Source of the DNA: Podarcis filfolensis
Lineage: Eukaryota
DNA: 64,000 nucleotides
NCBI GenBank assembly: GCA_964270895.1
Contig: OZ185435.1
Strand: one strand, 5' to 3'
The position numbers and the translations under genes are program-made. Numbering within the stretch: position 1 is the stretch's first letter; each line of letters begins with the position of its first letter. Under the pieces are notes generated by a model. That model saw only the letters and a list, made by a program, of their open reading frames with translations. It made no database searches and was not told the origin of the DNA. Shown one piece after another: positions 11,634 through 22,334 of this stretch.

Positions 11634-11833
11634 CTTCATCTGTGGTGCCTATTCCTGGCACTTTCTCTTGGCCTCTGGCTGCCCGGGGGAAACCACGCAG
11701 AGGTATGCTCCGCAGGGCTGTTTTCTCAGATGTACAGCGCAAAGCCCTGGAGAAAATGTTCCAGAAGCAGAAGTACATCAGCAAACCAGACAGGAAGAAA
11801 CTGGCAGCCAAGCTGGGCTTGAAGGACTCCCAG
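11634..11833 (+). CDS. DBX1: DBX1 exon 3 (200 nt; homeodomain helices 1-2)
   Basis: Acceptor ttctcacag|; (A)SSVVPIPGTFSWPLAARGKPRRGMLRRAVFSDVQRKALEKMFQKQKYISKPDRKKLAAKLGLKDSQ; donor CAG|GTAAAC. Confidence 0.98.
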
Positions 11834-12209
11834 GTAAACTCATCTACTTTCTCCCCCTAGACAATCACAGAGAATGTGAAGCCACAGGTTGGAAAGAGGT
11901 TGGTGGTGGCGGCGGCGGTAGACATTTAACTTTCACTTCTCAAAAGCAAGACCTCTCCTCCTCAAAGAGAAGTATGAGTATAAGGAGACTTTCTGAACTG
12001 GAGCCAAAGACTCCATCCAGAAAATATTGGTGGCAGTTAAGACTAATAGACATGACCCCCTGGCTCTGTGGTAGGAGGAACTTTGAACCTGACAATCTGA
12101 AAGTTGCTCAACATGGTATTATACTACCACTGATTTCAGTGAGATGTAAGCATGACAGTCTTTTGATTACTGGCACTTTTGAAAATGAACAAATTTATTA
12201 TGGTTAAAT

Positions 12210-12345
12210 CAGGCATCCCCAAACTTGGCCCTCCAGATGTTTTGGGACTACAGCTCCCATCATCCTTGACCACTGGACCTGTTAGCTAGGGATGATGGGA
12301 GTTGTAGTCCCAAAACATGTGGCGGGCCAAGTTTGGCTATGCCTG
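12210..12345. mobile_element. Palindromic hAT-like MITE, DBX1 intron 3
   Basis: CAGGCATCCCCAAACTTGGCCC...GGGCCAAGTTTGGCTATGCCTG termini, internally self-complementary; same family as 35781-35917; no clear TSD left. Confidence 0.8.
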
Positions 12346-13267
12346 GCATAGCACTATACTCTTTACCTGAAAGTAAGCCCCACTGAAATAAATGGGACTT
12401 AGTTTGGAGTATGCATGCATGGCTACCTCTAAGTATTATTATTTCTTAAATGGGGCCATGGAGAGTTTTGCATGACTAGGTTAGTCTCATTCAAATCAAT
12501 GCGACTAATTTCTCAAGTTGATCCCTGGCTTGTGCTTGGGGAGGAGAGGAAGTCTCATTGTGTGAATGTAAGGTCATTCTGCAAGTAGACTGTCACTGTT
12601 AGGTGTCACACAATTAGTTGCTGAAAACAAATAAACAAACAAAGAACACTATATTATCCTTTATTGCATTTCTTGGTTGCTTTCCACCAAAAATTTGTCT
12701 CAAAGCAGCTTGACAGAATCGAAATGCTTATTGCAGCCCAATGCGCGTCACCCTCAGATTTATTTTCACAGCCCCCACTGAGAATTTCATGAGGTCTGCT
12801 CGGACTAGTCCAACACATTAACTTGCATTTCTGGCACAAGGGTGGGGGATGAGGTATTCGCCAAGGAGAAAACATGAAAATTGGTAAAATTTGGAAGTGC
12901 TGGCTGCCATCAGATATATGAGTTTTCCTGTGAGTTGCTGCCCTGAATGCAGACCTGGAGCACCTTAGAATGGTTGTCTCCATTATGCATACTTAAAAAA
13001 AGAGATGGAAAAACTCCCACTTTCTTGCAACAGCGAGGCATAGGGTTGTATTCAACATTGGGTAAGTGTAGTTTAGCTCATGAAACTTGACTTTCCCTTC
13101 TCTCCACCCCCTTGCATCCTTCCACTATGCCCCCCAAATCTGCTTTGGAGGCCCCCAAACTTTAGAGCAGATTTTGAGGGTGCACAAGGGGCTGCAGGGA
13201 GGAGAGAAAGAAAGTCTCATTGTGCAAATGAATGCTTCTTCTACTGCCACCACATTAGGACAGGATA

Positions 13268-13493
13268 CAGTGGTACCTCGGGTTACAGACGCTTCAGGTT
13301 ACAGACTCCGCTAACCCAGAAATATTACCTCAGGTTAAGAACTTTGCTTCAGGGTGAGAACAGAAATCATGCTCCGGTGGTGCGGCAGCAGCAGGAGGCC
13401 CCATTAGCTAAAGTGGTGCTTCAGGTTAAGAACAGTTTCAGGTTAAGTACGGACCTCCGTAACAAATTAAGTACTTAACCCAAGGTACCACTG
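13268..13493 (+). mobile_element. Tc1/mariner-superfamily MITE, DBX1 intron 3
   Basis: TA|CAGTGGTACCTCGGGTT ... AACCCAAGGTACCACTG|TA (TIRs plus TA TSD); opposite-orientation relative of 59110-59345. Strand is nominal. Confidence 0.9.
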
Positions 13494-13747
13494 TATAACC
13501 CATTTTGGTTTTGGACAACCCAAGTAATTTTCAAAGAATTGTATGGCTGTTTCTTTGTGGAGTCATCTTTGATGCTTAGTGCAGCTCACTTAGGGAGTGG
13601 CCCTTGAGGATCTTGTGTGGGGTGGGGAGAGGTAAGGATTCTGCTCTTCAAATGTGTCTCCGGATATGTACTTGATGGTTGGTGTTTGTCATGTAGCAGT
13701 TGCCTTGATGCTGCAAAACCTTATTTGTGTACCCTTGAAAACTCTAG

Positions 13748-14122
13748 GTGAAGATCTGGTTTCAAAACAGAAGGATGAAGTGGAGAAACTCCAAAGAGAG
13801 AGAGCTCCTGTCATCTGGCGGCTGCCGGGAGCAGACTTTACCCACCAAGTTCAACCCGCACCCAGATCTCAGTGACGTAGGCAAGAAAGGTTCTGGAGAG
13901 GAGGAGGAAGAAGCAGCCTCACCCCGGTGCCCAGCCAGCCCCAGGCATTCCTTAACATATCACCAGCCCACAGATGACCCACGCCTGAGAGACAGGTTGG
14001 ACTCCCACATGCTCCCTTCCCCCACCCATTCCAGCAGCCCCAGCAAACCTTCAGACTTCTCAGACTCTGAGGAAGAGGATGAAGAGGGGGAGGAGGATGA
14101 AGAAGAGATCACGGTCTCATAG
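13748..14122 (+). CDS. DBX1: DBX1 exon 4 coding part (homeodomain helix 3 and acidic C-terminal tail)
   Basis: Acceptor actctag|; VKIWFQNRRMKWRNSKERELLSSGGCREQTLPTK...DFSDSEEEDEEGEEDEEEITVS*; total CDS 1071 nt in frame. Confidence 0.98.
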   Translation: MKIWFQNRRMKWRNSKERELLSSGGCREQTLPTKFNPHPDLSDVGKKGSGEEEEEAASPRCPASPRHSLTYHQPTDDPRLRDRLDSHMLPSPTHSSSPSKPSDFSDSEEEDEEGEEDEEEITVS

Positions 14123-14168
14123 AGACCCTTCTTCTTGCTATCATGAAAGGGGACATTGCAAAGATGTA

Positions 14169-14174
14169 AATAAA
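14169..14174 (+). terminator. DBX1: Candidate proximal poly(A) signal AATAAA
   Basis: Canonical hexamer 47 nt after the stop, followed by a GU-rich stretch (GGTGGTGTCC). Confidence 0.35.
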
Positions 14175-15190
14175 CTAAGGGCTATCTAATTGAAGAGGTG
14201 GTGTCCTTCCACACCCACATGGTTCAAACAGACAATGTACTGATCATCATGCAAACTTGGGGTTTCTGTATGACATATTCCAGAGCTACCCTGAATAGGA
14301 ACCTCTTGCCTCAATATCATCCTGTTGTGATCACTGACTAATCAGCCAGTCTTGCACTTTTCAATTGAAAACTATAGACTAGAAAGCCATTAAAACATAC
14401 ACACCCCTTTGGTATTAAGATCATGTTGATTTAGAAGCAGAATAATTAGCCTAATTCAGTTGTGATTCACTTAGCTAATTCCAGGATGTGTTAATTTCTC
14501 TGAAAATATCAGCAATCTTTTCCCCATAAGCCCTAATCTGTTGCGATGCTGATGTGATGCTGCAAAATCCAAGTGGTGGTTAATGATTAGAGCTCGCATG
14601 CTGAGCTCTAAAATGCAGCCAGTGTGAATTGGGGTGGTGGTGCTGGTGGTTGCTATTCCAGAGAGACACTTACTGAGTGTGGGCATGTGAACTGGAGCTG
14701 CCCCTGAAATCATTCACGTGCACCCACAAGAACCATGGCCCCTGGCTTGGTTCCAGTGTTGAACATTTCTGTGTTAATTTATGCATCTGTCTGCTTCATA
14801 CCATTTCCACATTTGTCCCCAGCTCTTTGGCCATCTCCTTGTTTTGTGACTGCTGCAGGTGCAATGTGTGGATGCAGGGAACTGGACCTGCCTCTTTGAT
14901 TGTTGACTGAACTTTGCTGTCTTTGCACAGCTTCTATGATCTGTACACTATTTTGTACTCTTACACTGTATGGATATTTTATACCAAGGCAATTGCAAGT
15001 ATGCAGATGGAAGAATATTATATTTTGTCTGGGTTGTCTTTTTTTTTTTTGGTGTGATTTTTTTGGGGGGTTAACTCAAAGAGAAGCTTAGCTTCTAACT
15101 GTGTAACTTATAAAAAAACATTGTCTATTTTGTATTTTTACTTTGTACATATTTTAAATATGTATATATAACAAATGAAGCAAATGCCAA

Positions 15191-15196
15191 ATTAAA
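15191..15196 (+). terminator. DBX1: Candidate distal poly(A) signal ATTAAA
   Basis: Follows a U/UGUA-rich block (TTTGTACATATTTTAAATATGTATATATA); overlaps a genomic A-run. Confidence 0.55.
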
Positions 15197-16888
15197 AAAA
15201 AAAAGGTGTGCAAGGACTATCATTTCTGAAGCTTGGGGATTACATTTCATGCATTCCTAGTCATGCATTAACAACCATAGCCTGGCTAGAGTGGTGCATA
15301 TTCTAAGCTGAAGTGGGTTGTAATTCGGAACACACTTTATGTAGAAGTAACTTCTGTTGATGTGCTTAAAAGCCTCCTGTGGGTGGAACTCCTGCATGTT
15401 GATGCTGCCCCAGTGGCTTTCCTATGCATGTGCAAATAGCTGGATTAGCGGTGCTAAGCCATCTGGAAACAGCACAGGATCATAGGACATGGATCCTTTG
15501 GAGGCAGTGAAAAATGAAGATGAGCGATTATAAAGTCCCAGAAGAAGAGGGGTGTACATGCATGTTCCACTTGGCTGTAGCAATTCCTAGGATGCAGCTG
15601 CATTTTGCACACATAGACAAATGTCTTTCCACAGCAGATAAAGATGTTAAATGATCAGCAGTGATGGTAGGGAATTTTAGACTCTGGACTTTATGGTCTT
15701 GAAAGACACTCCCCCTGCTTTGGATGGTCATGTATATTACTTCACTAACATCAACCTTTACTTATTCAGGACATTTATATATCACTTGATTCCACCCCCC
15801 CAAAAAAAACCCTCCCCCACCTCCAAGCCTTGCTCCGTTTGGGGCCCTGGGCATCTATTTCAAAGTCTTGCCCTGATAGCACCACTGAAAATAGTTCTTC
15901 CTTTCCTATGGTGGAGTCTGTGCCAGCAAGAAGAATGTGGAGTGGAAGGGTGACAAGTTAACAGGGCTTGCTGACAGCTGCTTCCCACTGACGTGGGAGT
16001 TGCATCAGCTTTAAAGGTTGTTCGTAGTTTTAACAACAATCCCTTGTTTGAAATGCCTCACCTGCATTGATCCTGCTAATCTCCCGGCCCTCTATTTCCA
16101 CCTGGGATGATGCCCCATACAAAAAAAAAAAAAAGTTGCACAGTCTGAAAGGGAAGCATGCAGATCCTGAATGCAGGGTTACGAATTCAGATGCAGCCTG
16201 CAATCTTCAGGTATCTTCAGGAGGAAAGTGTGAAATCTACAGTATTACTTGCAAACAAAGGAAGCAATTAAATACCCACATGACAAATGTAACACATAAA
16301 ATTCCAAGTTGTATTAAAAACAAAATGAAATTCAGGAGGGTTTTCCTCTCTGCCACTTTGTCTCATTATAGCTTGCACTAGTGTAAACTTGTGCGTGTGT
16401 GTGTGTCTGCAAAAGTGCAGGTAAATGTCAGGTGTGACTCATAACCAATTCTCACATTAGTTATCATTCATCCTGTGATGGAAAAAGCAATGCAAGAAAC
16501 AAATCTTCAGACAAGCCCTTGCTACCCAACTATGTTGTAATACTGAATTAACAACCACCGGGGGAGAAATGGTCCCTGGATAAATTATGAATTTGGTCAG
16601 AAAAGTGAATGAATCAGAAAGGAGTACATAAAATAAGCACAATTAAAAATGTATAATTGTGCCATAATACATACTTCTCATCTGCAAAAAATAAATAAAT
16701 AATTTTATAATGCATATAAATCAGAGAGAACAATTAAGTGCAGCTAAAAATAAGGTCCTACATTTCAGTCTTCATTGCTACTGTCACTCAGCCTGTGAGT
16801 GAGAAAGTGCCAAGAAGCTGATGACCTAAGAGACTGATGAAAAGCAGGGTAGTAAGAAGTGGGAACAGAGTTGCTATTTAGTGCCATC

Positions 16889-16952
<64 letters not shown>

Positions 16953-16953
16953 A
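16889..16953. repeat. (GAAA)n tetranucleotide microsatellite (~16 units)
   Basis: Perfect GAAA run. Confidence 0.97.
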
Positions 16954-17409
16954 GCACCAAGCTCTGTGGTTGTACTGTGTGGGGGAGCTAACAACCGCCA
17001 AATGACATGAATCCTTCTCCACAAAAATATTAAAAGACTGAGATAATAAACTATGTTGCTTGCAGTGTGGTAACAGTGTTGCAAATGCCATCTACTTTAC
17101 TCCTGCCACAATGTTTCATACAACCATCAAACAGGATGTGTCATCAAGAAAAAAACCAGACATTGCACTTTAGCAGGTTCAAAAAGGAAAACTCAACAAA
17201 GCACTAAGCAGATTTCTCGCTCATTTCTGCTTGTGTGCTGTTCTGGGGGTTTCCCCCACTAACTCAGAGCCAATTTGGGGAGGGGGGCACACAATGGGCT
17301 AGAGGAGAGGGGATGAAAGCCCCATTGTGGTAGCAGAAGACTTGCATAAGCTTCTGCTGGGTGGGGCTCATTAGTTAAATCTCATCCTATATATTTTAAT
17401 TATGGATCA

Positions 17410-17582
17410 ATGCAACCCCCCTATTCCCCTCACACAGCTACCAAGTTCCCTGGGAGCTGTAGCTCTGTGACAGGAATGGGGAGTGGGGGTCCCTCAACAC
17501 CATCCCATAATTTGGGGGGTGAAGCCATGGCTGTTTAAAGTGCTGCGATATGGCTTTAAATGTGTAGTGCAGGCAGGGCCTC
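17410..17582. mobile_element. Degenerate squamate interspersed repeat fragment (family unassigned)
   Basis: Resembles a common lizard repeat end (...GGCTTTAAATGTGTAGTGCAG...GGGCC); recognised from memory only. Confidence 0.35.
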
Positions 17583-17799
17583 AGTGATTTCTAGAACTCC
17601 TTCCAGCCATGCAACAGAGGTGTAGCCAAAGCAATCTTGAGCAGCGTTTTAGTAGTGCATTGCATTTATTATTGGTATTATTATCCTTCATCTCAGAGGA
17701 GCCCAGACTGTAGTTTTATTGTAGTTTCTCAGTTTCATTGTTATGATGTTATTTTGTAAATTACTTAGAGAGATTGCCTTAAGTATTAAGCAGTATATT

Positions 17800-18177
17800 T
17801 GTTGTTGTTTAGTCGTTTAGCCGTGTCCGACTCTTCGTGACCCCATGGACCTGAGCACGCCAGGCACTCCTGTCTTCCACTGCCTCCCACAGTTTGGTCA
17901 AACTCATGATTGTAGCTTCAAGAACACTATCCAACCATCTCGTCCTCAGTCGTCCCCTTCTCCTTGTGCCCTCCATCTTTCCCAACATCAGGGTCTTTTC
18001 CAGGGGGTCGAGTCTTCTCATGAGGTGGCCAAAGTACTGGAGCTTCAAGATCTGTCCTTCCAGTGAGCACTCAGGACTGATTTCCTTCAGAATGGAGAAG
18101 TCTGATCTTCTTGCAGTCCATGGGACTCTCAAGAGTCTCCTCCAGCACCATAATTCAAAAGCATCAATTCTTCGGCG
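17800..18177 (-). mobile_element. 5'-truncated RTE-BovB LINE with target-site duplication
   Basis: Minus strand encodes RRIDAFELWCWRRLLRVPWTARRS...LEKTLMLGKMEGTRRRGR...RWLDSV...VHGVTKSRTRLND (BovB ORF C-terminus); (CAA)n tail; 11-bp TSD AGCAGTATATT at 17789-17799 and 18178-18188. Confidence 0.95.
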
Positions 18178-18560
18178 AGCAGTATATTACTATGTAAAAA
18201 TAAATTATGGTCAGGCTGTGTAAGGCATCTTCCCATGTTCTAAAGGTATACAAATTGCGCCCGCAAATCTCTTATTTTGAAACTTTTAAATGCAAGTGCT
18301 GGGAGTGTACATTTTCTTTTTTTGTGCACTTCTAAATGCTTTAGTGTTTTCAATGCAGTTTTTAATAGAGTTGCTTTTTTTTTTTTACACTGCTTGTGTA
18401 TTTTTAGTTGCATTTGTTTCCATTCTTGTTGTGAGCCACATTGGGACCTGCACTGGGAGAAAGGAGGGAGGGAGGGAGCGAGCGAGAGCGAGCTTGAGTT
18501 TATATGAAGAATTGGGCACTTAAGCAACCAAGCAAAGCCTATTTTCAGTTAGCTTGAGTT

Positions 18561-18579
18561 TGCTGCCATCTGGTGGTCA
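18561..18579 (-). promoter_or_regulatory. Strong CTCF motif between the DBX1 and NAV2 3' ends
   Basis: Minus strand TGACCACCAGATGGCAGCA fits the CTCF core CCASYAGRKGGCRSYA at every position. Confidence 0.7.
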
Positions 18580-18690
18580 GGTTGAGATAATTACAAAAAC
18601 TTTCCTGAGAGATCTTCATATCCTAATGTGTGTGTTCTGGAGGGTGTCAGTCTGGCTGCTGTCCTGAGTCCATTTCAATTATTGCAATGC

Positions 18691-19125
18691 TGCAATAAAC
18701 CAGTTCCTTTGTTGAGGTAATGATTTAGGCCAGCTAGTAAAGTCACAACAATTAGCAGAACCAGAGATGTTGTTCTGTGCCATGGAACAAATGGATAGGT
18801 TTTATCTCCACCCCAAACTAGCTGTCAGGTAGGAAAAGCATAGCCAGAGTGGCTGAGTTGAGCTGGAAGCAGACTGAAAGCTGGAGACACAGGGACATGC
18901 TTGCTCTGTGCTGGATCCAAAGCTGTGATTAATGGAGAAGCAAGATCGTTGGGGATGTTAATGCTGTGAATCCCTCTATCCTATGTGCAGGTTGCATATA
19001 TGTGTAAATAAACCATGTATCCTATAGAAATCCCAGTCTTACTAACCTTCATTCCAAAAACTCCAAAACCTGGGCGAACCCCTGGCTTCTCCCACCACTC
19101 AGAGACAGGGATGGTGTACATAACA
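18691..19125 (+). mobile_element. Probable solo LTR (Gypsy/ERV-like)
   Basis: TG...CA termini, flanking ATGC direct repeat (18687-18690, 19126-19129), internal AATAAA at 19007-19012, 435 bp. Confidence 0.5.
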
Positions 19126-19467
19126 ATGCTAAATAATTTTGGGATCAAACCAGACAAGGCTAAGCAATTTGATAATCCTATTCATTAATGCTTAAATCAC
19201 TATATCTTACACCAGTGAGATTTAAGGCAGCTTATTTTCTGGATCACACCTCTCATTCACATTGTAAACGACTGGATTCTATGCTATCTCTAGGTTTGCC
19301 GATAAAACGCTGCCTACGAACATTTGAACGCCTCTACCTCACCTTTCTCCACTAGTTGTTTCCCGAGGAGTTATGACAGAAAAACATGTTTGATCATTTA
19401 GGGTGCAATCTTGGACCCAGTTACCAGGAAGAAAAGTTCCATTGAACTCAAAAGAGGCTGCCTTAAC

Positions 19468-19545
19468 AACATAAGAACTTTGCTGGTTCAGATAGAAGAC
19501 TCATCCAGTTCAGCATCTGCAGAGTGGTCAACCAGATGCCTATGG
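19468..19545 (-). mobile_element. Degenerate CR1-like 3' end fragment
   Basis: ACATAAGAA-type tail followed by ...CTGGTTCAGA...CATCCAGTTCAGCATC...CAACCAGATGCC; pattern recognition only. Confidence 0.45.
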
Positions 19546-19737
19546 TGTTTTCCAGTAACTGGTACTCAGTACCATACTGCCTGATACTAGAGGTAATGTA
19601 GACACCATGACTAGTAGACATGTTTCTCCATGAATTTGACTCTTTTGGCAGCAAATTTGTAACTTGCTCTCTGTGCTATGTGAAAAAGTACAGTACTTCC
19701 TTTTTTCTTTGTATCCACTGTTTCCCACCATTCAACT

Positions 19738-20121
19738 AGGGTGGTGCTGTGGTCTAAACCACTGAGCTTCTTGGGCTTGATGATTGGAAGGTCGACAGTT
19801 CAAATCCCCATGATGGGGTGAGCTCCTGCTGCTCTGTCCCAGCTCCTGCCAACCTAGCAGTTTGAAAGCATACCAGAGCAAGCAGATAAATAGGTACTGC
19901 TGTGGCGGGAAGGTAAATGGCATTTCTGTGCGCTCTGGCTTCCATCACAATGTTCCGTTACGCCAGAAGTGGTTTAGTCATGCTGGCCACATGACCTGGA
20001 AAGCTGTCTGTGGACAAACGCCGAAAGCAAGATGAGCGCCGCAACCCCATAGTCGCCTTTAACTGGACTTAACCATCCAGGGATCCTTTACCTTTTTTTA
20101 AAACAAAAACAAAAACAAAAA
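19738..20121 (+). mobile_element. Sauria-type SINE
   Basis: tRNA-like head (TGGTGCTGTGG, AGTTCAAATCC), conserved body, ACCTTT tail; TSD ACCATTCA(A/G)CT at 19727-19737 and 20122-20132; clearly homologous to 62097-62478. Confidence 0.92.
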
Positions 20122-20706
20122 ACCATTCAGCTTTATTGGATTACACAGGGTTCTAGTTCTTATGAGGGAGAAACTGCTTCTCACGACCCACTTTCTTCAT
20201 CCCATGCATTACACACTCCTATAACCTGTCCCCTTTTCACTTAGCACTTTTTTTAAAGCTTACAGGAACACTAGTAATGTTTGTATACTTGCAGATCCCA
20301 TGTGGCAAACTGGGAGTCCCATGCATTGTCCACCCGAGTTGACAATGCAAACCTCATTTAGGATGTGCATCCCTTGGCTTATGACTGTCTGCAGTTAAAA
20401 CACTCTGATTCATCAAGTATCTGTTCTTAAAGTTCGGTGGGCTTGAAATGAGCCTTGAACATTCTCTTTGGCAGCATATGCAGATTGGTGCTGCTGGGAG
20501 TATGGCAACACGGGTTTAATAATAAAGAAGACGAAAGGATCTGAATCCAAAACACACAGATAATTGGACTGGTGAATGCAGCACATCACCTACTACTGCT
20601 GCTATTATAGTTTATACGGCATATGAACTATGTGGAATTTTGCTTCAACCCTTACAGCAGTAAAAACGGCAGTAAGACCAACCAATCTGAATAAATAATC
20701 ATCAAA

Positions 20707-20755
20707 TTTATTGAATCATGAATAATTTAAGACTGGTACAATCATTAGCTTTATT
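20707..20755 (-). terminator. NAV2: Tandem distal poly(A) signals AATAAA (20755-20750 and 20712-20707)
   Basis: Two canonical hexamers on the minus strand with a TGTA between them and GU/U-rich sequence downstream (ATTCAGATTGGTTGGTCTT). Confidence 0.55.
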
Positions 20756-22328
20756 CTCCATGACACAGGACAGGGGTGAGAAGGGCAGGCCAGAGGGAGG
20801 CATGGTCCAGAACAGACCAACGGCAGATTTCAATCCTAAATGGTAACAGAAAATTAAATAGGGATGGTAGGGCGGAGGTAAACATCATACTGTACACAAA
20901 ATACTCAATTCCTAGTTTTTCTCTTTAAAAATGGCTAGAAAAAATTCATCAAAATGCAGCACTTGTAATCAAATATTTACAGTTCTATGTTACAATGAAA
21001 AAAAATGTACATCTTAAAAGAGAACTTTTCTCATAAATGGTTCCACTGGAAACAACTAGATTAAAACAGCCACCTTCCATTTAATCTCCACAATTTTTTT
21101 CCATGTATTCCCCCCCCCTCGCTCTCTCCTTTTCATTAAAAGGGAATTGTCACATTTAGACAAGTTTCAAGACACAGAATATCAAAAATGTCAGCATCAC
21201 CAATGCAATATTGTAAGGGGTTTATTTGTCTCTCCAAAATATACCAAAAAGGAGGAGGAACTAACCAACCCCTCCCTGTTTCTGCACCATCACCCTAAAA
21301 AAAAAAGGAAATCCAATATATGACTTGTACAATTCTTGACAGTTATGAAGGAAAGAAATATTTTGCATGCTTCCAATTTATAACAAAACACGACTGTTGC
21401 ATAGAGTCTTGCACTAAAAACAAGAAGTAATTCCAATTTGTGGGGCGGGTTGAGGGAAGGCAAAACTGGAAGCAACTCAGATGAAATATTTCATCATTCT
21501 AAAAAGGGAAGGAATTTTTATTTATCAATGTTGAAAAGAAGAGCTAGGTAAGAAATGTGCACAACAGGTAACCCTGAATCCCGAAGTTTCAGAAAGGATA
21601 CTGAAGTTGTCTGACCATCCAAAAGGATGAAGTTGCTCAATGTAAATTATTTTTCAGTGACACAAACTATGGTAATAAAAAGATAGAATTCATTTCCTGT
21701 TCATGGCAACAGGATATGCAGGAGAGGGGAAAAAACCTGAATACCCAGCATAGAGATTTTGTAAAGGGAGTCAAATAGGCTATATATCCGAAGTCAGTCG
21801 AGATCCCATATACTGCTTCCCCCAGCCACATCATTCCTGTAAATAATTCTTGTGTGTCTTGATGTTTGTGAAATCTCAATGCTCCCAATTCAGTCTGGCT
21901 GGACAACAAAGCCTTCGGCTAAATAAAATTTCTCCACACATTTCGCTGGAGAGATCAGCTCCATACGTGGTTTTTGCTTTCTACATATGAAGAGTTGCTC
22001 TTTCCTTTGAAATGGACCAGACAGAAGAAACATGCATGGAATCACTGCATCAGGATAAATTTGCGGCACTTTTATAAGAAAGTTTCTGGACTTGTGCAAC
22101 AGGGTAAAGTTGTTAATGTGTTGTCATTCACACATTGTACCTTCACAGAAACCACTTTGCAGAGGAGGGGGACTTGACTGGAAATGAGAAATGAGCAAGC
22201 TCTAAATGTCAATTCCAAACAGATACAAGGAGTGGTGGTGGCGGTTTTACAATTTTACAAATTGTAAAATTTAGCCACCAGGAAACAACTGTAATAAACA
22301 TTGTTTACCTAGATTTATACACAATACA

Positions 22329-22334
22329 TTTATT
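22329..22334 (-). terminator. NAV2: Candidate intermediate poly(A) signal AATAAA
   Basis: Minus strand AATAAATGTATTGTGTATAAATC followed by U-rich sequence. Confidence 0.4.

Larger units (their letters stand above)
14123..15215 (+). other. DBX1: Probable DBX1 3'UTR
   Basis: Continues from the stop to an AT-rich terminal block with UGUA motifs and ATTAAA at 15191; end position inferred. Confidence 0.55.

Noticed and set aside
1-20000. GLI binding sites expected for a Shh-regulated gene
   Set aside because: No perfect GACCACCCA found by eye; only 1-2 mismatch variants (e.g. 9291 TGGGTGGTG, 15721 TGGATGGTC), which are common by chance.
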